This document shows positions 27,301-42,439 of a stretch of DNA of 64,000 bases, one piece after another. Source of the DNA: Eledone cirrhosa (taxonomy: Eukaryota). The stretch's first letter is position 1. Each line of letters starts with the position of its first letter. The stretch is from positions 32,488,001 to 32,552,000 of the forward strand of contig OZ024748.1 of assembly GCA_964016885.1 (NCBI GenBank), read 5' to 3'. The translations under genes and the position numbers were made by a program. Under the pieces are notes generated by a model, which had not been told where the DNA came from, made no database searches, and saw nothing but the letters and a program-made list of their open reading frames with translations.

Positions 27301-30300
27301 CACTGCTAAAAGTAATACTATACTTCGAAACTGGTTATATATTACACACTGCTAAAAGTGACACTATACTTCTAAACTAGTTATATACGACATGCTGCTA
27401 AAAGTAATACTATACTTCTAAACTGGTTATATACTACACGCTGCTAAATGTAATACTATACTTCTTAACTGGTTATATATTACACACTGCTACAAGTAAT
27501 ACTATACTTCTGAAATGCTTATATATTACACACTGCTAAAGGTAATACTATACTTCTAAACTGGTTATATATTAGACACTGTTAAAAGCAATACTATACT
27601 TCTAAACAGATTATATATAACATGCCGCTAAAAGTAATACATTACTTCTAAACTGGTCATATATTACACACTGCTAAAAGTACTATTATACTTCTAAACA
27701 GGTTATATATTACACACTGCTAAACGTAATACTTTAATTCTAAACCGGTTATATATTACACACTGCTAAAAGTAATACTATACTTCTAAACTGGTTATAT
27801 ATTACACACTGCTAAAAGTAATACTATACTTCGAAACTGGTTATATATTACACACTGCTAAAAGTAATACTATACTTCTATACTGGTTATATATTACATG
27901 CTGCTAAAAGTGATACTTTACTTCTAAACTGGTTATAATCTACATGCTTCTAAAAGTAATAATATAGTTCTAAACTGGTTATATATTACACACTGCTAAA
28001 AGTAATACTATGCTTCTCAACTGGTTATATATTACACACTGTTAAAAGTAATATTATACTTCTAAACTAGTTATATATTACACACTGCTAACACTAATAC
28101 TATACTCATAAACTGGTTATATATTACACAGTGCTAAAAGTAATTCTATACCTCTAAACTAGTTATATAATACATGCTGCTAAATGTAATACTATAACTC
28201 TAAACTGGTTATATATTACACACTGCTAAAAGTAATACTATACCTCTAAACTAGTTATATATTACACACTGCTAAAAGACATACTATACTTCTAAACTGG
28301 ATATATATTACATGCTGCTAAAAGTAATACTATACTTCTAAACTGGTTATATACTACATGTTTCTAAAAGTAATAATATACTTCTAAACTGGTTATATAT
28401 TACACACTACTAAAAGTAATACTATACTTCTAAACTGGTTATATGTCACACACTGCTAATAGTAATACTATAATTCTAAACTTGTTATATACTACACACT
28501 GCTAAAAGTGATACTATACTTCTAAACAGGTTATATATTACACACTGCTAAAAGTAATACTATACCTCTAAACTGGTTGTATATTACATGCTGCTAAAAG
28601 TAATACTATACTTCCAAACTGGTTATATATTACACACTGCTAAAAGTAATACTATACTTCTAAACTGCTTATATACTACATGCTTCTAAAAGTAAAATAA
28701 TACTTCTAAACTGGTTATATATTACACACTGCTAAAAGTAATACTATACTTCTAAACTGGTTATATATTACAAACTGCTAAAAGTAATACTACACTTCTA
28801 AACTGGTTATATATTACACACTGCTAAAAGTAATACTATACTTCTAAATTAGTTATATACTACATGCTGCTAAAAGTAATACTATACTTCTAAACTGGTT
28901 ATATACTACATGCTGCTAAAAGTAATACTATACTTCTAAACTGCTTATATACTACATGCTTCTAAAAGTAAAATAATACTTCTAAACTGGTTATATATTA
29001 CACATTGCTAAAAGTAATACTATACTTCTAAACTGGTTATATATTACAAACTGCTAAAAGTAATACTACACTTCTAAACTGGTTATATATTAGACACTGC
29101 CAAAAGTAATACTATACTTCTTAACTGGCTATATATTACACAATACTAAAAGTAATACTATACTTCTAAACTGGTTATATATATTACACACTGCTAAAAG
29201 TAATACTATACTTCTAAACTGCTTATATACTACATGCTTCTAAAAGTAAAATAATACTTCTAAACTGGTTATATATTACACACTGCTAAAAGTAATACTA
29301 TACTTCTAAACTAGTTATCTACTACATGCTGCTACAAGTAATACTATACTTCTAAACTGGTTATATACTACATGCTGCTAAATGTAATACTATACTTCTT
29401 AACTGGCTATATATTACTCACTACTAAAAGTAATAATATACTTCTAAACTGGTTATATTTTACACACTGCTAAAAGTAATACTATACTTCTAAACTGCTT
29501 ATATACTACATGCTTCTAAAAGTAATATAATACTTCTAAACTGGTTATATATTACACACTGTTAAAAGTAATACTATACTTCTAAACTGGTTATATATTA
29601 CACACTGCTAAAAGTAATATTATACTTCTAAACTAGTTATATATTACACACTGCTAAAACTAATACTATACTCATAAACTGGTTATATATTACACAGTGC
29701 TAAAAGTAATTCTATACCTCTAAACTAGTTATATAATACATGCTGCTAAATGTAATACTATAACTCTAAACTGGTTATATATTACACACTGCTAAAAGTA
29801 ATACTACACTTCTAAACAGGTTACATATTACACACTGCTAAAAGACATACTATACTTCTAAACTGGATATATATTACATGCTGCTAAAAGTGATGCTATA
29901 CTTCTAAACTGGTTATATATTACACACTGCTAAAAGTAATGCTATACCTCTAAACTGGTTATATATTACATGCTGCTAAAAGTAATACTGTATTTCTAAA
30001 CTTGTTATATATTACACACTGCTAAAACCAATACAATACTTCTAAACTTGTTATACATTACACACTGCTAAAAGTAACACTATACCTCTAAACTGGTTGT
30101 AAATTACATGCTGCTAAAAGTAATACTATACTTCCAAACTGGTTATATATTACACACTGCTAAAAGTAATACTATACTTCTAAACTGCTTATATACTACA
30201 TGCTTCTAAAAGTAAAATAATACTTCTAAATTGGTTATATATTACACACTGCTAAAAGTAATACTATACTTCTAAACTGGTTATATATTACAAACTGCTA

Positions 30301-33300
30301 AAAGTAATACTACACTTCTAAACTGGTTATATATTAGACACTGCCAAAAGTAATACTATACTTCTAAACTGGTTATATACTACATGCTGCTAAAAGTAAA
30401 ATAATACTTCTAAACTGGTTATATGTTACACACTGTTAAAAGAAATAATATACCTCTAAACTGGTTATATATTAGATGCTGCTAAAAGTAATACTATACT
30501 TCTAAACTGGTTATATGTTACGCACTGCTAAAAGTAATACTATACTTCTAAATTAGGTATATATTACACACTGCTAAAAGTAATAGTATACCTCTAACCT
30601 GGTTATATATTACACACTGCTAAAAGTAATACTATACTTCTAAAATGCTTATATATTACACACTGCTAAAGGTAATACTATACTTCTAAACTGGTTATAT
30701 ATTACACACTGTTAAAAGTAATACTATACTTCTAAACTGGTTATATATTACACACTGCTAAAGGTAATATTATACTTCTAAACTGGTTATATATTACACT
30801 CTGTTAAAAGTAATACTATATTTCTAAACTGGTTAAATATTGCACACTGGTAAAAGTAATACTATACTTCTAAATCAGGTATATCTTACACACTGCTAAA
30901 AGCAATACTATACTTCTAAACAGGTTATATATTACACACTGTTAAAAGTAATACTATAATTCTAAACTGGTTATATATTACACACTGCTAAAAGTAATAC
31001 TATACTTCTAAACTGGTTATATATTACATGCTACTAAATGTAATACTATACTTCAAAATTGGTTATATACTACATGCTTCTAAAAGTAATACTATACTTC
31101 TAAACTGGTTATATATTACACACTGCTAAAAGTAACACTATACTACTAAACTGGTTATATATTACACACTGCTAAAAGTAACACTATACTACTAAACTGG
31201 TTGTATATTACATGCTGCTAAAAGTAATATTATACTTCTAAACTGGTTATATATTACATATTTCTAAAAGTAATACTATACTTCTCTAACTGGTTATATA
31301 TTACACACTGCTAAAAGTAATACTATACTTCTAAACTGGTTATATATTACACACTGCTAAAAGTAATACTATACCTCTTAACTGGTTATATATTACACAC
31401 TGCTAAAAGTAATACTATACCTCTTAACTGGTTATATATTAGATGCTGCTAAAAGTAATACTATACTTCTAAATTAGGTATATATTACACACTGCTAAAA
31501 GTAATACTATACTTCTAAACTGCTTATATATTACACACTGCTAAAGGTAATACTATACTTCTAAACTGGTTATATATTACACACTGTTAAAAGTAATACT
31601 ATACTTCTAAACTGGTTATATATTACACACTGTTAAAACTAATACTATACTTCTATACTGGTTATATATTACATGCTGCTAAAAGTGATACTACACTTCT
31701 AAACTGGTTATATACTACATGCTTCTAAAAGTAATACTATAGTTCTAAACTGGTTATATATTACACACTGCTAAAAGTAATACTATACTTCTAAACTGGT
31801 TATATATTACACTCTGCTAAAGGTAATACTATACTTCTAAACTGGTTATATATTACACACTGTTAAAAGTAATACTATACTTCTAAACTGGTTATATATT
31901 AGACACTGTTAAAAGTAATACTATACTTCTAAACTGGTTATATGTTACACACTGATAAAAGTAATACTATACTTCTAAATAATGTATATATTACACACTG
32001 CTAAAAGTAATATTATACTTCTAAACAGGTTATATATTACACACTGCTAAACGTAATACTTTAACTCTAAACCGGTTATATATTACACACCGCTAAAAGT
32101 AATACTATACTTCTAAACTGGTTATATATTACACACTGCTAAAAGTAATACTATACTTCGAAACTGGTTATATATTACACACTGCTAAAAGTGACACTAT
32201 ACTTCTAAACTAGTTATATACGACATACTGCTAAAAGTAATACTGTACTTCTAAACTGGTTATATACTACACGCTGCTAAATGTAATACTATACTTCTTA
32301 ACTGGTTATATATTACACACTGCTAAAAGTAATACTATAGCTCTAAACTGGTTATATATTACACACTGCTAAAAGTAATACTATACCTCTAAACTGGTTG
32401 TATATTACATGCTGCTAAAAGTAATACTATACTTCTAAACTGGTTATATATTACACACTGCTAAAGGTAATACTATACTTCTAAACTGGTTATATATTAC
32501 ACACTGTTAAAAGTAATACTATACTTCTAAACTGGTTATATATTACACACTACTGAAAGTAATACTATACTTCTAAACTGCTTATATACTACATGCTCCT
32601 AAAAGTAATACTATACTTCTAAACTGGTTATATATTACACACTGCTAAAAGTAATACTATACTTCTAAACTGGTTATATATTACACACTGTTAAAAGTAA
32701 TACTATACTTCTAAACTGGTTATATATTACACACTGCTAAAAGTAATACTATACCTCTTAACTGGTTATATATTAGATGCTGCTAAAAGTAATACTATAC
32801 TTCTAAACTGGTTATATATTACACACTGCTACAAGTAATACTATACGTCTGAAATGCTTATATATTACACACTGCTAAAGGTAATACTATACTTCTAAAC
32901 TGGTTATATATTAGACACTGTTAAAAGTAATACTATACTTCCAAACAGATTATATATAACATGCCGCTAAAAGTAATACATTACTTCTAAACTGGTTATA
33001 TATTACACACTGATAAAAGTAATACTATACTTCTAAATTAGGTATATATTACACACTGCTAAAAGTAATATTATACTTCAAAACAGGTTATATATTACAC
33101 AATGCTAAACGTAATACTTTAATTCTAAACCTGTTATATATTACACACTGCTAAAAGTAATACTATACTTCTAAACTGGTTATATATTACACACTGCTAA
33201 AAGTAATACTATACTTCGAAACTGGTTATATATTACACACTGCTAAAAGTAATACTATACTTCTATACTGGTTATATATTACATGTGCTAAAAGTGATAC

Positions 33301-35072
33301 TTTACTTCTAAACTGGTTATAATCTACATGCTTCTAAAAGTAATAATATAGTTCTAAACTGGTTATATATTACACACTGCTAAAAGTAATACTATACTTC
33401 TCAACTGGTTATATATTACACACTGCTAAAAGTAATATTATACTTCTAAACTAGTTATATATTACACACTTCTAACACTAATACTATACTCATAAACTGG
33501 TTATATATTACACAGTGCTAAAAGTAATTCTATACCTCCAAACTAGTTATATAATACATGCTGCTAAATGTAATACTATAACTCTAAACTGGTTATATAT
33601 TACACACTGCTAAAAGTAATACTATACCTCTAAACTAGTTATATGTTACACACTGCTAAAAGACATACTATACTTCTAAACTGGATATATATTACATGCT
33701 GCTAAAAGTAATACTATACTTCTAAACTGGTTATATACTACATGTTTCTAAGAGTAATAATATACTTCTAAACTGGTTATATATTACACACTACTAAAAG
33801 TAATACTATACTTCTAAACTGGTTATATGTTACACACTGCTAAAAGTAATACTATAATTCTAAACTTGTTATATACTACACACTGCTAAAAGTGATACTA
33901 TACTTCTAAACAGGTTATATATTACACACTGCTAAAAGTAATACTATACCTCTAAACTGGTTATATATTACATGCTGCTAAAAGTAATACTGTATTTCTA
34001 AACTTGTTATATATTACACACTGCTAAAACCAATACAATACTTCTAAACTAGTTATATATTACACACTGCTAATAGTAACACTATACCTCTAAACTGCTT
34101 GTATATTACATGCTGCTAAAAGTAATACTATACTTCTAAACTGGTTATATATTACAAACTGCTAAAAGTAATACTACACTTCTAAACTGGTTATATATTA
34201 GACACTGCCAAAAGTAATACTATACTTCTTAACTGGCTATATATTACACACTACTAAAAGCAATACTATACTTCTAAACTGGTTATATATTACACACTGC
34301 TAAAAGTAATTCTATACTTCTAAACTGCTTATATACTACATGCTTCTAAAAGTAAAATAATACTTCTAAACTGGTTATATATTACACACTGCTAAAAGTA
34401 ATACTATACTTCTAAACTAGTTATATACTACATGCTGCTAAAAGTAATACTATACTTCTAAACTGGTTATATACTACATGCTGCTAAAAGTAATACTATA
34501 CTTCTAAACTGCTTATATACTACATGCTTCTAAAAGTAAAATAATACTTCTAAACTGGTTATATATTACACACTGCTAAAAGTAATACTATACTTCTAAA
34601 CTGGTTATATATTACAAACTGCTAAAAGTAATACTACACTTCTAAACTGGTTATATATTAGACACTGCCAAAAGTAATACTATACTTCTTAACTGGCTAT
34701 ATATTACACAATACTAAAAGTAATACTATACTTCTAAACTGGTTATATATTACACACTGCTAAAAGTAATACTATACTTCTAAACTGCTTATATACTACA
34801 TGCTTCTAAAAGTAATATAATACTTCTAAACTGGTTATATATTACACACTGTTAAAAGTAGTACGATACTACTAAACTGGTTATATATTACACACTGCTA
34901 AAAGTAATACTATACGTCTAAACTGGTTATATATTACATGCTGCTAAAAGTAATACTATACTTCTAGACTGGTGATATATTACATACTGCTAAAAGTAAT
35001 ACTATACTTCTTAACTGGTTATATATTACAAACTGCTAAAAGTAATACTATACTTCTAAACTGGTTATATAT
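21302..35072. repeat. Near-identical second copy of 1-13587 (offsets 21301, 21577, 21623, 21485)
   Basis: Variants seen only in these two copies: TATCCTTC (~176/~21477), AATAAATTAC (1090/22391), GACATAGT (~1778/~23079), GTTGCATA (3410/24987), 2-bp TA insertion (~7691/~29176). Offset shifts are whole monomers (+6, +1, -3). Confidence 0.92.
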
Positions 35073-35379
35073 TACACACTACTAAAAGTAATACTATACT
35101 TCTAAACTGGTTATATATTACACACTGCTAAAAGTAATACTATACCTCTCAACTGGTTATATATTACACACTGCTAAACGTAATACTATACTTCTAAACT
35201 AGTTATATATTACACGCTGGTAAAAGTAATACTATACTTCTTAACAGGTTATATATTACACACTACTAAAAGTAATACTATACTTCTTAACTGGTTATAT
35301 ATTACACACTACTAAAAGTAATACTATACTTCTAAACTGGTTATATATTACACACTGCTAAAAGTAATACTATACTACT

Positions 35380-35889
35380 AAACTGGTTATATATTACACA
35401 CTGTTAAAAGTAATACTATACTTCTAAACTGGTTATATATTACGCACTGCTAAAAGTAATACTATACTTCTAAATTAGGTATATATTACACACTGCTAAA
35501 AGTAATAGTATACCTCTAAACTGGTTATATATTACACACTTCTAAAAGTAATACTATACTTCTAGACAGGTTATATATTACACACTGCTAAAAGTAATAT
35601 TATACTTCTAAACTGGTTATATATTACACACGTCAAACTGGTTATATATTACACACTGTTAAAAGTAATACTATACTTCTAAACTGGTTATATATTACGC
35701 ACTGCTAAAAGTAATACTATACTTCTAAATTAGGTATATATTACACACTGCTAAAAGTAATAGTATACCTCTAAACTGGTTATATATTACACACTTCTAA
35801 AAGTAATACTATACTTCTAGACAGGTTATATATTACACACTGCTAAAAGTAATATTATACTTCTAAACTGGTTATATATTACACACGTC
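35380..35889. repeat. Out-of-register 255-bp tandem duplication producing a truncated 25-bp monomer
   Basis: 35380-35634 is repeated at 35635-35889. Junction ACACACGTC|AAACTGG at 35634/35635. The same junction recurs at 54242/54243. Confidence 0.92.
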
Positions 35890-38800
35890 TAAAAGTAATA
35901 CTATACTTCTAAACTGCTTATATACTACATGCTTCTAAAAGTAATATAATACTTCTAAACTGGTTATATATTACACACTGTTAAAAGTAATAATATACTT
36001 CTAAACTGGTTATATATTACACATTGCTAAAATAATACTATACTTCTAAACTGGTTATATATTACAAACTGCTAAAAGTAATACTACACTTCTAAACTGG
36101 TTATATATTAGACACTGCCAAAAGTAATACTATATTTCTTAATTGGCTATATATTACACAATACTAAAAGTAATACTATACTTCTAAACTGGTTATATAT
36201 TACACACTGCTAAAAGTAATACTATACTTCTAAACTGCTTATATACTACATGCTTCTAAAAGTAATATAATACTTCTAAACTGGTTATATATTACACACT
36301 GTTAAAAGTAATACTATACTTCTAAACTGGTTATATATTACACATTGCTAAAAGTAATACTATACTACTAAACTGGTTATATATTACACACTGCTAAAAG
36401 TAATACTATACGTCTAAACTGGTTATATATTACATGCTGCTAAAAGTAATACTATACTTCTAGACTGGTGATATATTACATACTGCTAAAAGTAATACTA
36501 TACTTCTTAACTGGTTATATATTACAAACTGCTAAAAGTAATACTATACTTCTAAACTGGTTATATATTACACACTACTAAAAGTAATACTATACTTCTA
36601 AACTGGTTATATATTACACACTGCTAAAAGTAATACTATACCTCTCAACTGGTTATATATTACACACTGCTAAACGTAATGCTATACTTCTAAACTAGTT
36701 ATATATTACACGCTGGTAAAAGTAATACTATACTTCTTAACAGGTTATATATTACACACTACTAAAAGTAATACTATACTTCTTAACTGGTTATATATTA
36801 CACACTACTAAAAGTAATACTATACTTCTAAACTGGTTATATATTACACACTGCTAAAAGTAATACTATACTACTAAACTGGTTATATATTACACACTGT
36901 TAAAAGTAATACTATACTTCTAAACTGGTTATATATTACGCACTGCTAAAAGTAATACTATACTTCTAAATTAGGTATATATTACACACTGCTAAAAGTA
37001 ATAGTATACCTCTAAACTAGTTATATATTACACACTTCTAAAAGTAATACTATACTTCTAGACAGGTTATATATTACACACTGCTAAAAGTAATATTATA
37101 CTTCTAAACTGGTTATATATTACACACGTCTAAAAGTAATACTATACTTCTAAACTGCTTATATACTACATGCTTCTAAAAGTAATATAATACTTCTAAA
37201 CTGGTTATATATTACACACTGTTAAAAGTAATAATATACTTCTAAACTGGTTATATATTACACGTTGCTAAAATAATACTTTACTTCTAAACTGGTTATA
37301 TATTACACACTGCTAAATGTAATAGTATACTTCTAAACTGGTTATATATTACACACTGCTAAAAGTAATACTATACTTCTTCTAAACTGGTTATATATTA
37401 CACACTGCTAAAGGTAATACTATACTTCTAAACTGGTTATATATTACACACTGTTAAAAGTAATACTATACTTCTAAACTGGTTATATATTACGCACTGC
37501 TAAAAGTAATACTATACTTCTAAACAGAATATATATAACATGCCGCTAAAAGTAATACATTACTTCTAAACTGGTTATATATTACACACTGATAAAAGTA
37601 ATACTATTCTTCTAAATTAGGTATATATTACACACTGCTAAAAGTAATACTATACTTCTAAACAGGTTATATATTACACACTGCTAAACGTAATATTTTA
37701 ACTCTAAACAGGTTACATATTACACACTGCTAAAAGACATACTATACTTCTAAACTGGATATATATTACATGCTGCTAAAAGTGATGCTATACTTCTAAA
37801 CTGGTTATATATTACACACTGCTAAAAGTAATGCTATACCTCTAAACTGGTTATATATTACATGCTGCTAAAAGTAATACTGTATTTCTAAACTTGTTAT
37901 ATATTACACACTGCTAAAACCAATACAATACTTCTAAACTTGTTATATATTACACACTGCTAAAAGTAACACTATACCTCTAAACTGGTTGTATATTACA
38001 TGCTGCTAAAAGTAATACTATACTTCCAAACTGGTTATATATTACACACTGCTAAAAGTAATACTATACTTCTAAACTGCTTATATACTACATGCTTCTA
38101 AAAGTAAAATAATACTTCTAAATTGGTTATATATTACACACTGCTAAAAGTAATACTATACTTCTAAACTGGTTATATATTACAAACTGCTAAAAGTAAT
38201 ACTACACTTCTAAACTGGTTATATATTAGACACTGCCAAAAGTAATACTATACTTCTAAACTGGTTATATACTACATGCTGCTAAAAGTAAAATAATACT
38301 TCTAAACTGGTTATATGTTACACACTGTTAAAAGAAATAATATACCTCTAAACTGGTTATATATTAGATGCTGCTAAAAGTAATACTATACTTCTAAACT
38401 GGTTATATGTTACGACTGCTAAAAGTAATACTATACTTCTAAATTAGGTATATATTACACACTGCTAAAAGTAATAGTATACCTCTAACCTGGTTATATA
38501 TTACACACTGCTAAAAGTAATACTATACTTCTAAAATGCTTATATATTACACACTGCTAAAGGTAATACTATACTTCTAAACTGGTTATATATTACACAC
38601 TGTTAAAAGTAATACTATACTTCTAAACTGGTTATATATTACACACTGCTAAAGGTAATATTATACTTCTAAACTGGTTATATATTACACTCTGTTAAAA
38701 GTAATACTATATTTCTAAACTGGTTAAATATTGCACACTGGTAAAAGTAATACTATACTTCTAAATCAGGTATATCTTACACACTGCAAAAAGCAATACT

Positions 38801-41800
38801 ATACTTCTAAACAGGTTATATATTACACAGTGTTAAAAGTAATACTATAATTCTAAACTGGTTATATATTACACACTGCTAAAAGTAATACTATACTTCT
38901 AAACTGGTTATATATTACATGCTACTAAATGTAATACTATACTTCAAAATTGGTTATATACTACATGCTTCTAAAAGTAATACTATACTTCTAAACTGGT
39001 TATATATTACACACTGCTAAAAGTAACACTATACTACTAAACTGGTTATATATTACACACTGCTAAAAGTAACACTATACTACTAAACTGGTTGTATATT
39101 ACATGCTGCTAAAAGTAATATTATACTTCTAAACTGGTTATATATTACATATTTCTAAAAGTAATACTATACTTCTCTAACTGGTTATATATTACACACT
39201 GCTAAAAGTAATACTTTACTTCTAAACTGGTTATATATTACACACTGCTAAAAGTAATACTATACCTCTTAACTGGTTATATATTACACACTGCTAAAAG
39301 TAATACTATACCTCTTAACTGGTTATATATTAGATGCTGCTAAAAGTAATACTATACTTCTAAATTAGGTATATATTACACACTGCTAAAAGTAATACTA
39401 TACTTCTAAACTGCTTATATATTACACACTGCTAAAGGTAATACTATACTTCTAAACTGGTTATATATTACACACTGTTAAAAGTAATACTATACTTCTA
39501 AACTGGTTATATATTACACACTGTTAAAACTAATACTATACTTCTATACTGGTTATATATTACATGCTGCTAAAAGTGATACTACACTTCTAAACTGGTT
39601 ATATACTACATGCTTCTAAAAGTAATACTATAGTTCTAAACTGGTTATATATTACACACTGCTAAAAGTAATACTATACTTCTAAACTGGTTATATATTA
39701 CACTCTGCTAAAGGTAATACTATACTTCTAAACTGGTTATATATTACACACTGTTAAAAGTAATACTATACTTCTAAACTGGTTATATATTAGACACTGT
39801 TAAAAGTAATACTATACTTCTAAACTGGTTATATGTTACACACTGATAAAATTAATACTATACTTCTAAATAATGTATATATTACACACTGCTAAAAGTA
39901 ATATTATACTTCTAAACAGGTTATATATTACACACTGCTAAACGTAATACTTTAACTCTAAACCGGTTATATATTACACACCGCTAAAAGTAATACTATA
40001 CTTCGAAACTGGTTATATATTACACACTGCTAAAAGTGACACTATACTTCTAAACTAGTTATATACGACATACTGCTAAAAGTAATACTGTACTTCTAAA
40101 CTGGTTATATACTACACGCTGCTAAATGTAATACTATACTTCTTAACTGGTTATATATTACACACTGCTAAAAGTAATACTATAGCTCTAAACTGGTTAT
40201 ATATTACACACTGCTAAAAGTAATACTATACCTCTAAACTGGTTGTATATTACATGCTGCTAAAAGTAATACTATACTTCTAAACTGGTTATATATTACA
40301 CACTGCTAAAGGTAATACTATACTTCTAAACTGGTTATATATTACACACTGTTAAAAGTAATACTATACTTCTAAACTGGTTATATATTACACACTGCTG
40401 AAAGTAATACTATACTTCTAAACTGCTTATATACTACATGCTCCTAAAAGTAATACTATACTTCTAAACTGGTTATATATTACACACTGCTAAAAGTAAT
40501 ACTATACTTCTAAACTGGTTATATATTACACACTGTTAAAAGTAATACTATACTTCTAAACTGGTTATATATTACACACTGCTAAAAGTAATACTATACC
40601 TCTTAACTGGTTATATATTAGATGCTGCTAAAAGTAATACTATACTTCTAAACTGGTTATATATTACACACTGCTACAAGTAATACTATACGTCTGAAAT
40701 GCTTATATATTACACACTGCTAAAGGTAATACTATACTTCTAAACTGGTTATATATTAGACACTGTTAAAAGTAATACTATACTTCCAAACAGATTATAT
40801 ATAACATGCCGCTAAAAGTAATACATTACTTCTAAACTGGTTATATATTACACACTGATAAAAGTAATACTATACTTCTAAATTAGGTATATATTACACA
40901 CTGCTAAAAGTAATATTATACTTCAAAACACGTTATATATTACACAATGCTAAACGTAATACTTTAATTCTAAACCTGTTATATATTACACACTGCTAAA
41001 AGTAATACTATACTTCTAAACTGGTTATATATTACACACTGCTAAAAGTAATACTATACTTCGAAACTGGTTATATATTACACACTGCTAAAAGTAATAC
41101 TATACTTCTATACTGGTTATATATTACATGTGCTAAAAGTGATACTTTACTTCTAAACTGGTTATAATCTACATGCTTCTAAAAGTAATAATATAGTTCT
41201 AAACTGGTTATATATTACACACTGCTAAAAGTAATACTATACTTCTCAACTGGTTATATATTACACACTGCTAAAAGTAATATTATACTTCTAAACTAGT
41301 TATATATTACACACTGCTAACACTAATACTATACTCATAAACTGGTTATATATTACACAGTGCTAAAAGTAATTCTATACCTCCAAACTAGTTATATAAT
41401 ACATGCTGCTAAATGTAATACTATAACTCTAAACTGGTTATATATTACACACTGCTAAAAGTAATACTATACCTCTAAACTAGTTATATGTTACACACTG
41501 CTAAAAGACATACTATACTTCTAAACTGGATATATATTACATGCTGCTAAAAGTAATACTATACTTCTAAACTGGTTATATACTACATGTTTCTAAAAGT
41601 AATAATATACTTCTAAACTGGTTATATATTACACACTACTAAAAGTAATACTATACTTCTAAACTGGTTATATGTTACACACTGCTAAAAGTAATACTAT
41701 AATTCTAAACTTGTTATATACTACACACTGCTAAAAGTGATACTATACTTCTAAACAGGTTATATATTACACACTGCTAAAAGTAATACTATACCTCTAA

Positions 41801-42439
41801 ACTGGTTATATATTACATGCTGCTAAAAGTAATACTGTATTTCTAAACTTGTTATATATTACACACTGCTAAAACCAATACAATACTTCTAAACTAGTTA
41901 TATATTACACACTGCTAAAAGTAACACTATACCTCTAAACTGCTTGTATATTACATGCTGCTAAAAGTAATACTATACTTCTAAACTGGTTATATATTAC
42001 AAACTGCTAAAAGTAATACTACACTTCTAAACTGGTTATATATTAGACACTGCCAAAAGTAATACTATACTTCTTAACTGGCTATATATTACACACTACT
42101 AAAAGCAATACTATACTTCTAAACTGGTTATATATTACACACTGCTAAAAGTAATTCTATACTTCTAAACTGCTTATATACTACATGCTTCTAAAAGTAA
42201 AATAATACTTCTAAACTGGTTATATATTACACACTGCTAAAAGTAATACTATACTTCTAAACTAGTTATATACTACATGCTGCTAAAAGTAATACTATAC
42301 TTCTAAACTGGTTATATACTACATGCTGCTAAAAGTAATACTATACTTCTAAACTGCTTATATACTACATGCTTCTAAAAGTAAAATAATACTTCTAAAC
42401 TGGTTATATATTACACACTGCTAAAAGTAATACTATACT

